Shown piece by piece: positions 9,576 through 18,779 of a DNA stretch of 64,000 nucleotides (positions are counted from its first letter, which is position 1; each line of letters opens with the position of its first letter). The notes under the pieces are model-generated. The model saw only the letters and a list, made by a program, of their open reading frames with translations, had not been told where the DNA came from and made no database searches. The stretch covers positions 32,001-96,000 of the IMG/VR virus record IMGVR_UViG_3300033388_005412, one strand, 5' to 3'. Both the position numbers and the translations under genes were made by a program. Origin of the DNA: a virus. Lineage: Duplodnaviria; Caudoviricetes.

Positions 9576-10545
9576 TCGAATTCCCTAATTCTTTATCCCA
9601 ATCTGTTAGTTGTCCGTTTTTATCGAATACTGTTATTTTACCATTTTGAATTTTAGCAAACTGTTTACGCCAAACACTGTGAGCAGAATCACGTATCATG
9701 ACATATTCATGATGTTCGCGGTCTGTCATACAACCCATCGACACTGCAAGATATTTAGCATTCACAGTAAATTCCATTCCAAAATTATGTCCATGTAACT
9801 GAAGAATATTCTGATCAAATTTATGTGCAAGTTTTAATGCTTTTGTTGTTGATCTGGCCGTAGCACGATCCGGATGTGTAATCCTCCACACCTGATTTCC
9901 CGACTTTAAAATACCATAATAATAATCACTTGAGCGAACATTGCCGACTTTTATTATCCTATTGCAAAGGGCGCCTAATGATTTCCAATTCATAACATAG
10001 TCTAATCGCCTTAAAATGCGGGCATCATGATCGCCGCAAATGAGCACAATCTGTTTAAATGTTTTAGTTAGTACCTTAATGACATCAAACAAAACTGAAA
10101 ATTCATCATCGAGTTTTCTTGATACACGTTCTGTGTTCAAATTAGGATATATTGACGTTGTTTTTTGGTCTGTCAAATCACCGCCGACAATTAATGTTGT
10201 TATTTTGTCACGTTTTGCTATTTTAATCATTTTATTCATCATATCAATATCATGAAAAGGAATGTGCGTGTCACCTATAACCATAGCATCACCGGATATT
10301 ACTTCAAATTTATTATACTTTTCAAGAACACAGCCCCCATCATATGTTAACAATGCGGCATCTTTTGATGAATCTAATCTAGTGCTATATCTACCCATCA
10401 TATTTGGATATTTTTGGTTTATTTTCTGAACGGCATCCGTGGTTGTACCAAAATAATCGGCAATTCGTTGCAATGTTAATCTTTGTTGTCTTAGTTCTTT
10501 TAATTTTTTAAGTTTACTTTCTGTCCATTTTATACGCATTTTCAT
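9541..10545 (-). CDS. N-terminal HTH fused to a calcineurin-like metallophosphoesterase
   Basis: WTESKLKKL...TLQRIADYFGTTTDAV (HTH); GDTHIP, GGDLTD, GDHD and HGH metal-binding motifs. Confidence 0.8.
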   Translation of the reverse strand: MKMRIKWTESKLKKLKELRQQRLTLQRIADYFGTTTDAVQKINQKYPNMMGRYSTRLDSSKDAALLTYDGGCVLEKYNKFEVISGDAMVIGDTHIPFHDIDMMNKMIKIAKRDKITTLIVGGDLTDQKTTSIYPNLNTERVSRKLDDEFSVLFDVIKVLTKTFKQIVLICGDHDARILRRLDYVMNWKSLGALCNRIIKVGNVRSSDYYYGILKSGNQVWRITHPDRATARSTTKALKLAHKFDQNILQLHGHNFGMEFTVNAKYLAVSMGCMTDREHHEYVMIRDSAHSVWRKQFAKIQNGKITVFDKNGQLTDWDKELGNSNGKKKNKRKKN

Positions 10546-11227
10546 TCTCCTTTTGCTTTTGTTTCCAGCCCTGTTTCCATAATTTTATTTTTCTTGTGTT
10601 AATCATATCTCTGACTTCATTATCACAAGAATCAACATCTATTTTATAAATTTGTGATGACCCGCGATTATTAAAATAATCTTTTATCCATAATATACCT
10701 CCAACTTCAACCGGCATTCTCGTACGCAATCCTAATAAATGTTTATAAAAACCTAATTGTATTGAATATTTGTGATGTTTCTCATCACCTATTTTACGAC
10801 TTGTTTTTATATCCCATATTCTTAAACAATCAGATGTTTGCTCAACAATATCCATTGTCCCGGCTATAAGATTAATCTCATCCCACGCCATTACTTCTGA
10901 TGTTAATTCCCCATTAAATTCAAATTTAGAAAATTTTTTAACAATTGATTTTAAATCGGAATTATCCGGCAATATATCATGTCTAATATATTCTTCAATT
11001 GCGGTATGTGCTTCCGTGCCGGTTTTTGTTATGTTGCCCCATAATGTCAAAACCTCTTTTTTTGTTTTTTTGTAATATACACTCCAAGGCATATTTATAA
11101 TTTTGTCTATAACACCGTCCACATCAAAAGCACCAAGACATTCTTCTATTAATTTATTAACTGATATATATTCCTGATTTAATTTATCAAAATATTGATG
11201 TGTCTCAGGGTAAAATTTAATACTCAT
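10514..11227 (-). CDS. PD-(D/E)XK exonuclease
   Basis: IAGTMDIV...IWDIKT...YSIQLGFY = motifs II, III and QxxxY; GTEAH motif I. Confidence 0.85.
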   Translation of the reverse strand: MSIKFYPETHQYFDKLNQEYISVNKLIEECLGAFDVDGVIDKIINMPWSVYYKKTKKEVLTLWGNITKTGTEAHTAIEEYIRHDILPDNSDLKSIVKKFSKFEFNGELTSEVMAWDEINLIAGTMDIVEQTSDCLRIWDIKTSRKIGDEKHHKYSIQLGFYKHLLGLRTRMPVEVGGILWIKDYFNNRGSSQIYKIDVDSCDNEVRDMINTRKIKLWKQGWKQKQKENENAYKMDRK

Positions 11228-11820
11228 TTTTCAACCACCTTAATAAATCTTTTTAAATTTCGATAATGTGTTTTATCCGATATCTTAAAATTAAAAAATT
11301 TACCAAATGGGACATTATAAATCGAAATTATATTCAACCATTCAAACTCCCGTTCAAAACCTTCCTTATAAAAGGAATAAATATAATTGGATTTGTAATA
11401 TTTTAAATCAGCCTGTTTATTGAAATCAAATAAACCAATATGAGCGATATTATTTTCTTTTATAATAAAATCAAATACACCCGCAAACAACACATCATTA
11501 ATTGAAACATCAAAAGGCATGCCAACACATTTAATGTTCATGTTGTTAGTGAAATTTTCTAAAAATGAACAAACCTGATTAGACAAATTTTCGGATAAAT
11601 CATGTTTATCGTTGATTTTATCATTGCTCACTTTTTTTTGATGCATGATTTTATATAAAATATTATTGAAAATTAAAATGGCGTTTTTCTGATATTTGGC
11701 TCTGATGTCAAAGTTATTAATTATTATTTTTTTTCTCATTTTTTTCTCATCCAATAATATACTATAATTAAAATCAAAACCCGTCAACCGACTTTTTATA
11801 ATTTTAGTTATTTTAGTCAT
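11224..11820 (-). CDS. Degenerate PD-(D/E)XK-fold protein, probably inactive
   Basis: FAGVFDFII...GLFDFN: motif II Asp kept, motif III Lys replaced by Asn, QxxxY lost. ATG at 11820 preferred over the TTG at 11826. Confidence 0.55.
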   Translation of the reverse strand: MTKITKIIKSRLTGFDFNYSILLDEKKMRKKIIINNFDIRAKYQKNAILIFNNILYKIMHQKKVSNDKINDKHDLSENLSNQVCSFLENFTNNMNIKCVGMPFDVSINDVLFAGVFDFIIKENNIAHIGLFDFNKQADLKYYKSNYIYSFYKEGFEREFEWLNIISIYNVPFGKFFNFKISDKTHYRNLKRFIKVVEK

Positions 11821-11847
11821 TGACAATAGGCTCGTAATGTTTTATAT
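11820..11847 (+). promoter_or_regulatory. Sigma70-type promoter of the rightward replication operon
   Basis: TTGACA (11820-11825), 16-bp spacer, TATATT (11842-11847), then a GGAGGT RBS before the ATG at 11874; lies in the divergent gap. Confidence 0.65.
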
Positions 11848-11873
11848 TAAAGTGAAAATAAAAATCAGGAGGT

Positions 11874-12515
11874 ATGGAAATGGATGAAAAAAAACTAATT
11901 GATGAGATGGGTTTAACGACGGAATTTAACAAAGCCGAACAAGCTGACTTAAAAGTAACATACGTCGGCATTGAACACGTTGTTGACGACGAAATGCATT
12001 ACACTGGAGAAAATGCAAAACTTAGAAAAACAAAAATTCCAAAAGCAAAAAGGTACATTGCGCAATGCACATGCTCACATGGTGATGGGCGATGGGTTGG
12101 AACAGGAACCGCCGCGGCTGATACCATTTCAACATTCAAACATCTAAAACTGGCACCCGAAGTGGCAATAATTCGTGCTAAAATAAATGCTTTTTCTTTA
12201 GCATTTAAATCATTATCTAAGTCATCTAAGTCATTGGAATTGCCGGAACCAGAAGAAATTACTCCCATACCATTAGTTTATGGGCCAACCGCAAAAACGG
12301 CTCTGGAAGGTGTGCCAAACAAAAATACACCGCCGAATAAATATACGCCGGAACAAATAAGTAAAATGAAAGCAATTAAAAAACGTCTGCAAACGGATAA
12401 TAATGGATTAGGACAATTCATATGGGAGTGGTCAGCCGGGCAATTGAAAACAAATAAAGATCTGACACCTGACAACATAGATAGTTTTATTGTTTTTATG
12501 AATACAAATTTCTAA
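11874..12515 (+). CDS. Putative single-strand annealing/recombination protein (Rad52/Sak-like)
   Basis: Beta-beta-beta-alpha pattern YIAQCTC...VGTGTA...PEVAIIRAKINAF, a Pro-rich linker and a C-terminal TPEQI helical domain; first gene before primase-helicase. Confidence 0.4.
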   Translation: MEMDEKKLIDEMGLTTEFNKAEQADLKVTYVGIEHVVDDEMHYTGENAKLRKTKIPKAKRYIAQCTCSHGDGRWVGTGTAAADTISTFKHLKLAPEVAIIRAKINAFSLAFKSLSKSSKSLELPEPEEITPIPLVYGPTAKTALEGVPNKNTPPNKYTPEQISKMKAIKKRLQTDNNGLGQFIWEWSAGQLKTNKDLTPDNIDSFIVFMNTNF

Positions 12516-12548
12516 GACAAGTATTTTGAATATTAAGGAGAATCGCGA

Positions 12549-15041
12549 ATGAGTCAATTAGACACAAATGATAAGTGTGATGTCATAGATCAACTTTATG
12601 GAAAACTAACAGAATATTTAACGATACATCATCATATTAAACAAGGCTCAAATGGTTTATTTAAATGTTTCACTAAACTACATGAAGATAAAACACCATC
12701 TCTTGGAATATTACCAACTAATTCTCATGTTTGGCATTGTCTATCTTGCAACCAAAGTGGGAACATTTTTCATGCCGCTCATTTTATAGAAGATTTACCA
12801 ATTGAAGGACCTGATTTTTGGAAAATAACAGTTCCATCATTAGCAAAAAGATTTAACATTCCTTATACACAGGAAGAAATGGAACAAGCTGACAAAGATA
12901 GATATCAAATGTTGAGGGCATATAAAGATGCCGCTGATATTATCTGCAGCCACCCTGACAAAGAAAAAGAAAAAGATGATCAAAACAAAATTTATGAGTA
13001 TTTGAATGAAAGAAAATTATCAATTCAAACAGCAATAGAATTAGGCATCGGCTCCGTTAGTTCACACGCTGAATATATGAAAAAACTTAAAAACATGGGA
13101 TGGTCAAAAGAATATTTATATTCGATTGAATTAGAAAATAAAACTATTTTCAATCAAAGAAATTTAATATTCACTGTTAAAGATATTAATGGCCGGCCGA
13201 TAGGTTTTGCGGCCAGGGATATGAAATGGACACATGGGTCAGTTGATCGAAAATATAATAACAATAGAACAAGCATTATTTATAAAAAGGGTTCAACTTT
13301 ATGGAATTTTCACAACATAAGCAATTCCGGACCTCTATGGCTTGTTGAAGGTTATATGGACGCCGCCACAATGTGGCAAGCCGGTATCAAAAACGTTGTC
13401 GCGCTGGGAGGAACGGCTTTTAGTGCTGATCATGTGGCTTTACTTAAACAACATGATATTTATAATTTAAATTTAATGCTTGATAATGATGACTCAGGTC
13501 AATTAAATACAGAAAATATTTTAAAAAACCACTTTGGAACAAGTATTTTATTTGATGTTAAAATATGCAACTATAACAAAGATATGTCGGACCCCGATTC
13601 TATAATTAATACATATGGTGTGGAAGAATTTAAAAAATTACAACTTATGGATTCATTTGATTGGGACTTAAAGCGACTCCCGTATGATATTGACAAGCAC
13701 ATTGTAGCCTCAGGTAAAATCGCCGAAATCGCAAGCGAAAAAAGCGGTATAAAACGTGATAAAATGATTCAAACACTATCCGAATTTACGGAAATAGAAA
13801 AACATATAATCGAAGATGATGTTAAACGCAAAATGGGAGACAAAGATTATAAACTGGATGAAGCCAAAAGAAAATTAAAAGAGCATGTGTTGTCAAATAT
13901 TGATCGGGATTTATTTAGAAAAAAAGTAGAACCATCATTATGGATTAATGAGTTATCATCATATTGGATTGGTATAACACAAACAATAGTTCCGGTTGTT
14001 AATGATCTCGAAAAATATAAAGATCGTCTTGATGATGCCAAACGAAAATGCGTTGATGATCCTGATATACCATTCAAAATGAATAGATTTAAAATATTCA
14101 CACAAAAAGCTGATGGTATTCCGAAACGTGCATGTTTTATTACATTTGGTGGGTTGCCTAACATTGGAAAATCATCAATATTACGAGCAATTGCGTGGGA
14201 TTTAATCCAAAGTAATGATGATGCGATGGTTTTATTCATAAGTATTGATGATGCATTCCTTAAAGTTATATCTTCTTTCCTTGCATTGGGATCGGGATTG
14301 ACGATTAACGAAATTAAAAGAGCAAAAGTTGTAATAGGTAACAATAAAGAAAAGAAAAGCAAGTGGGTTAATGTTTGGAAAAAATTTTTAGATGAAAAAA
14401 TATTTGAAAGACTGGTAATAAAAGACGCAACAGATGGAAACACTATTTCATCGATAGAAAAATACATTCAATATTATCAAAAACTTTTTCCTAATAAAAA
14501 AATGATAGTTATATTAGATAGTCTTCATAAATTAAAAGACTATTCCGGCATGGATCAGAGAATAAAATTCAGCAACATCAGTTTAAGACTAAAAGAATTA
14601 ACAAACACATATAACATACCTATGATAGCTATTGTTGAATTAAAACGAATTATGTTTGGAACCAAACCAACATTAAATGATATAAGAGAAACCAGTTCCA
14701 TAGAATATGATTCAGACATGGTATGGTTGCTTCACCAGGAATATCATGTCGACAGAAATACTCATTTGATTAAACAGATTCAAACTGATTCAGGCTCACT
14801 TGTGTGCCCTGTTAATGAACTAGTGTTTGGAAAAAATAAAGATGGCGAATTTAAAGGATCATTATATTTTTATTTTAAAACCAACACATCACAATTTGAA
14901 GAAGTCCCGGATAGTGATATAGCATTGATGATGGAGGCCGAAGAAAATAGAAAAAAAAGAAAATCAACTAGTGTTTTTGATGACCCAGTCTCAACACAAC
15001 CACAACAACTTGGTTTCAAAGGAAAAACACAGCAATGGTAA
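12549..15041 (+). CDS. DnaG-type primase fused to DnaB-type replicative helicase
   Basis: CHC2 zinc finger CFTKLHEDKTPS...WHCLSC; TOPRIM VEGYMD and LDND; Walker A GGLPNIGKS; Walker B VILDSL; RETSSIEYDSD and KNKDG DnaB motifs. Confidence 0.95.
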   Translation: MSQLDTNDKCDVIDQLYGKLTEYLTIHHHIKQGSNGLFKCFTKLHEDKTPSLGILPTNSHVWHCLSCNQSGNIFHAAHFIEDLPIEGPDFWKITVPSLAKRFNIPYTQEEMEQADKDRYQMLRAYKDAADIICSHPDKEKEKDDQNKIYEYLNERKLSIQTAIELGIGSVSSHAEYMKKLKNMGWSKEYLYSIELENKTIFNQRNLIFTVKDINGRPIGFAARDMKWTHGSVDRKYNNNRTSIIYKKGSTLWNFHNISNSGPLWLVEGYMDAATMWQAGIKNVVALGGTAFSADHVALLKQHDIYNLNLMLDNDDSGQLNTENILKNHFGTSILFDVKICNYNKDMSDPDSIINTYGVEEFKKLQLMDSFDWDLKRLPYDIDKHIVASGKIAEIASEKSGIKRDKMIQTLSEFTEIEKHIIEDDVKRKMGDKDYKLDEAKRKLKEHVLSNIDRDLFRKKVEPSLWINELSSYWIGITQTIVPVVNDLEKYKDRLDDAKRKCVDDPDIPFKMNRFKIFTQKADGIPKRACFITFGGLPNIGKSSILRAIAWDLIQSNDDAMVLFISIDDAFLKVISSFLALGSGLTINEIKRAKVVIGNNKEKKSKWVNVWKKFLDEKIFERLVIKDATDGNTISSIEKYIQYYQKLFPNKKMIVILDSLHKLKDYSGMDQRIKFSNISLRLKELTNTYNIPMIAIVELKRIMFGTKPTLNDIRETSSIEYDSDMVWLLHQEYHVDRNTHLIKQIQTDSGSLVCPVNELVFGKNKDGEFKGSLYFYFKTNTSQFEEVPDSDIALMMEAEENRKKRKSTSVFDDPVSTQPQQLGFKGKTQQW

Positions 15042-15907
15042 ATACAATGGTAAATATATCAGAAATAATAAATAAAAATATATCATTTACACAAGAGAAA
15101 TTATTGAAAAGAAATCCTATTGTATTCTGGCCGACCGATGCCGGCTGTTATGTTAATGAAACATATCACGGTGAGTGTATGAAAAAAATATATTGGAAAA
15201 TAATGGGAATACCTTACACGAATCCTGTAAATCCTAGAGTTAAAAGAGTTATGGATGTTGGGTCTTTAATAGAACACAACGAAATTAAATATTCTAAAGG
15301 ATCCAGACGCATATATGTTGATAACAACATTTGTTTTTCATATGAAATATCACCAAATATAATAATATCAGGTGAAATGGATGCTATATATGTAATTGAT
15401 GATATCTATTATGGAATTGAATATAAAACAGGTTCCGGATGGTATTTCAGAAATGATATTTTTGGATCAAAAACAACATTAGGATTTCCCAGGGCCAAAG
15501 ATTTACTTCAAGTGATGATTTATCTTGATTATTGTAAACAAAAATCTGATATGCCGATTAGTAATTTTAAATTGATTTATATCGACAGAGGACGATGCGA
15601 CACATGTGAGTTTGATATAAAATTATCAGATGAGAAAAAAGCTATTATTAATAATGAACTGTTATCCGAATTCAGTGTTTATGATATATGTAATACATAT
15701 GAGAATTTGCAAAAATATATTAACACAAATACATTGCCGCCTTGCTGTTATCATAATTTTTATGATAAGCCGACTATAAAACAAATGTATATAAAAAAAA
15801 TAATAACAAAAAATCAATATATAAAATGGATGAAAACAGGCGGAGGTATGGATTATCAATGTTCATATTGCATGTATTTAAATAGATGTTTGCAGGGGGT
15901 AAAATAA
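15035..15907 (+). CDS. Solo Cas4-like PD-(D/E)XK exonuclease with 4Fe-4S cysteines
   Basis: N-terminal ECMKKIYW; SGEMD...IEYKT...QVMIY; C-terminal CSYCMYLNRC (CxxC-x5-C). Confidence 0.85.
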   Translation: MVNTMVNISEIINKNISFTQEKLLKRNPIVFWPTDAGCYVNETYHGECMKKIYWKIMGIPYTNPVNPRVKRVMDVGSLIEHNEIKYSKGSRRIYVDNNICFSYEISPNIIISGEMDAIYVIDDIYYGIEYKTGSGWYFRNDIFGSKTTLGFPRAKDLLQVMIYLDYCKQKSDMPISNFKLIYIDRGRCDTCEFDIKLSDEKKAIINNELLSEFSVYDICNTYENLQKYINTNTLPPCCYHNFYDKPTIKQMYIKKIITKNQYIKWMKTGGGMDYQCSYCMYLNRCLQGVK

Positions 15908-16560
15908 TGAAAAATATTGAAACTGATAAAACGATCAAAACTATTATAGGTGTTGATTCTTGCGGAGATGGCGCATTAAGCGGTCCGGTTGTCGCCGGCG
16001 CGGCCGCCTTTAAATTCGATATCGACTCAACTAAAAAATATTTAATGGATATTGGTTTAAATGACAGCAAAAAACTCTCCCCGAAAAAACGATATTTCAT
16101 AGAAAAAGAAATTAAAAAATTTATAATCTATGGTAAAGTAAGCATTGGGTTATATGATAACACGGCTTCTTTAATCGATCAAATAGGTATTAAAAATGCG
16201 TCTTTAAATGCTATGTACATGGCCGCAATTAGAGTCGCGCATAATATCGAAAAACCAATGCAGCTGAATACCCGCCTGCAGTGTGTTTTAATGGTTGACG
16301 GCATTCGGGAGATACCCAATATGGATATGGAACAGGTTACTATTATAAAAGGTGACTCAAAAATCCCCGAAATTATGATTGCGAGCATAATTGCAAAATG
16401 CAGCCGTGATCGATTTATGATATTGATGAGTGAAAAATATCCAAAGTATGGATGGGCCAAAAATAAAGGATATGGTACAACAAAGCATATCGCGGCAATT
16501 AGGGAATACGACTTATCAGAATTACATAGGAGCACATTTTGTCAAAACTTCAGAAAATAA
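15907..16560 (+). CDS. rnhB: Ribonuclease HII homolog with an altered active-site motif
   Basis: GVDSCGDGALSGPVV (canonical GVDEAGRGPLAGPVV), LNDSKKL, VDG, KGD, ASIIAK, KGYGT, HR.TF. Start moved to the ATG at 15907. Confidence 0.9.
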   Translation: MKNIETDKTIKTIIGVDSCGDGALSGPVVAGAAAFKFDIDSTKKYLMDIGLNDSKKLSPKKRYFIEKEIKKFIIYGKVSIGLYDNTASLIDQIGIKNASLNAMYMAAIRVAHNIEKPMQLNTRLQCVLMVDGIREIPNMDMEQVTIIKGDSKIPEIMIASIIAKCSRDRFMILMSEKYPKYGWAKNKGYGTTKHIAAIREYDLSELHRSTFCQNFRK

Positions 16561-17009
16561 ATAAAACATCGACAGATGTCGTTGTATCAAGATATAAAAT
16601 AACGCTCGAATCGAAAATGACATCAATGACATTAGATGGATATTTAATACCGCCTGTTAATTTTAATCTCGAAAATCGATTAGTATCGGGCATGATTGAA
16701 ATAGACCCGCGCTATCAAAATAAAATCGGATTATTGAGCATGGAAAATTCATATTACGGTGGAAGATCTGATAAAACTTTTGTTCCGATAGATGATTATG
16801 ATCATGTTTATACAACGGTATCAAAATCATTAAATAATTCAATAACAATTTACACGTGGCACGAAAATTTCACATTTTATAATGTATATTTAAATAGATA
16901 TAAATCGGATGAAAAAATATTTAAATTTATGGCACAGGCGGCCCTTGATAATTTATTAAAGTTTGAACAGCAGTTCACAATTGTCCCGCCGAAACAACTT
17001 GACAAATGA
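16539..17009 (+). CDS. Hypothetical protein
   Basis: 156-aa ORF in the operon; true start may be the ATG at 16617. Confidence 0.55.
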   Translation: MSKLQKINKTSTDVVVSRYKITLESKMTSMTLDGYLIPPVNFNLENRLVSGMIEIDPRYQNKIGLLSMENSYYGGRSDKTFVPIDDYDHVYTTVSKSLNNSITIYTWHENFTFYNVYLNRYKSDEKIFKFMAQAALDNLLKFEQQFTIVPPKQLDK

Positions 17010-17039
17010 TTCTTGACAGATGACTCTTGACAGATGATT
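16998..17039 (+). repeat. Three tandem 14-bp repeats (CTTGACARATGAYT), each containing TTGACA
   Basis: cttgacaaatgatt / cttgacagatgact / cttgacagatgatt; the first copy contains the upstream stop codon. Confidence 0.95.
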
Positions 17040-17055
17040 TTTGGTTTTGTACTAT
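17027..17055 (+). promoter_or_regulatory. Sigma70-type promoter
   Basis: TTGACA (17027-17032), 17-bp spacer, TACTAT (17050-17055), then an AAGGAGG RBS and the ATG at 17074. Confidence 0.75.
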
Positions 17056-17073
17056 GTATGAAGGAGGAATAAA

Positions 17074-17376
17074 ATGATTGACATTAAGAAAGCGTTGGAT
17101 ACAACTAATTTTGAAGAAAAAATATTCAAACAAGCTAAAAAACAAAATGAATTTGATGAATTATTAATGAAGAGTGAAATTTTCACGGAAATGCGCCGAG
17201 TAGTTAAAAAATTATTTGAACTTGCTTTTATGGATGATCGCTCAGCAATTAAAAAGAAACTAAAAGCCAACTATAAAAAAAATGGAATTACTTTGGGTTT
17301 GCTTGATGACATCGAACATTGGAAAGATGAAAAATGGGAGACCAGGGAAAAACAAATAAAACAGGCAACAAAATGA
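17074..17376 (+). CDS. Hypothetical helical protein
   Basis: 100 aa, strong RBS, ATGA overlap with the next gene. Confidence 0.7.
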   Translation: MIDIKKALDTTNFEEKIFKQAKKQNEFDELLMKSEIFTEMRRVVKKLFELAFMDDRSAIKKKLKANYKKNGITLGLLDDIEHWKDEKWETREKQIKQATK

Positions 17377-18779
17377 ATGAAATAGTAATACCGAATGAAG
17401 CAAAAAAAATCTTTGATATTTTCAAAGATGCCGGTTATAAAATCTGGCTTGTTGGTGGGTGTTGCCGTGATCTTTTAATCGACGCAAACACTGAATTAAA
17501 AGATTTGGATTTCGCTAGTCCGACAAGGGCTGATATAACAACCAAAATATTAAAAGATAATGGATACAAACCATATACCATAGGATCGTATTTCGGTACA
17601 ATAGGGACAACTGTTAATAATATTGATATACAGGTAACAACATTTCGTAAAAAAGAACATTATAACAGAGGTTCCAGACATCCCGAGGTTGAATTCGGCG
17701 AATCCATAGACCAGGACATAGCCCGGCGGGATTTTCGCATGAATTCAATAGCGGCCGATGAAAATGGTAATATATATGATCCATATGATGGATATAAAGA
17801 TATCATAAATAAAGAAATATCAGTTGCCGGTGATATAAAAGAAATAATGTCAGAAGATCCGCTTAGATTATTAAGATGTGGGCGCTTTATAAGCAAATTC
17901 GGATTCAGCCCATCATTGGACTTACTTGATACTGTCGCTGAATTATCATATCTCATAACAACAATCAGCGTTGAAAGATGGAGACAGGAAATGGACAAGC
18001 TTCTACTTGGAAAAAATCCCGGAGACGCCCTTGATTTTATGATATATACAAAACTCTGCAATTATATGCTTCCTGAATTAATAAATATTGTCGATTTCGA
18101 TCAGTCAAGTCAATACCATCATAAAAATGTATTTGAACATACAAAACAAGTCATTGAACAAACTCCTCTCATACTGGAAATCAGATGGGCCGCCCTTATG
18201 CATGATTTGGGTAAAGCATATACACGAACATACGAAGATGGAAATGTTCATTTCTACAAGCATGAGATAATATCCGGAATACTGGCCAATGGAATCATGA
18301 ATAGATTCAAATTCCCAAATAAACTAAGAAAACGAATTAAAAATATCATAGAAAACCATATGTGCATTGTACAATATTCACCGGCATGGTGTGATTCGGC
18401 AGTACGGCGTTTCGCGAATAAGCATTCCAGTGCCGAATCAAGCATACTGGACAGTCTTTTTGAGCTTTCTATGGCTGATATAACATCTTCACACCCTGAC
18501 AGGGTTGAGGCCGGCATAGCTAACGTTAGACACCTCAAACAAAGAATTATTGACATGGCTAAGGCTAAAGAACTCGGCATTCATCTTCCAACCGGTTTAG
18601 GCAGGGCTATGATGGACACTCTTATGATTAAACAGGGGCCAATTATTGGAATAATTATGAAAAATATAATAGAACACATAGAAAGCGGTGAATTATTAGC
18701 AAATCAATCAATTGATTATTATATAGAGTGGATTAGAAAGAAGGAGGAATTATGGAAGCAGGAATGGAAACAGAAATGA
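17373..18779 (+). CDS. cca: Class II CCA tRNA nucleotidyltransferase with HD domain
   Basis: VGGCCRD, DLD, RRDFRMN, EDPLRLLR, ERW..E and the HD domain (EHT...MHDLGK...HE). Start moved to the ATG at 17373. Confidence 0.9.
   Translation: MNEIVIPNEAKKIFDIFKDAGYKIWLVGGCCRDLLIDANTELKDLDFASPTRADITTKILKDNGYKPYTIGSYFGTIGTTVNNIDIQVTTFRKKEHYNRGSRHPEVEFGESIDQDIARRDFRMNSIAADENGNIYDPYDGYKDIINKEISVAGDIKEIMSEDPLRLLRCGRFISKFGFSPSLDLLDTVAELSYLITTISVERWRQEMDKLLLGKNPGDALDFMIYTKLCNYMLPELINIVDFDQSSQYHHKNVFEHTKQVIEQTPLILEIRWAALMHDLGKAYTRTYEDGNVHFYKHEIISGILANGIMNRFKFPNKLRKRIKNIIENHMCIVQYSPAWCDSAVRRFANKHSSAESSILDSLFELSMADITSSHPDRVEAGIANVRHLKQRIIDMAKAKELGIHLPTGLGRAMMDTLMIKQGPIIGIIMKNIIEHIESGELLANQSIDYYIEWIRKKEELWKQEWKQK

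Noticed and set aside
16998-17039. CRISPR mini-array, prompted by the nearby Cas4-like gene
   Set aside because: Units are only 14 bp, directly adjacent, with no spacers; no cas1 or cas2 in the window.
17373-18779. Poly(A) polymerase (pcnB)
   Set aside because: Lacks the G(R/K)(R/K)F PAP signature (has IGSYFGT) and carries an HD domain typical of CCA enzymes.
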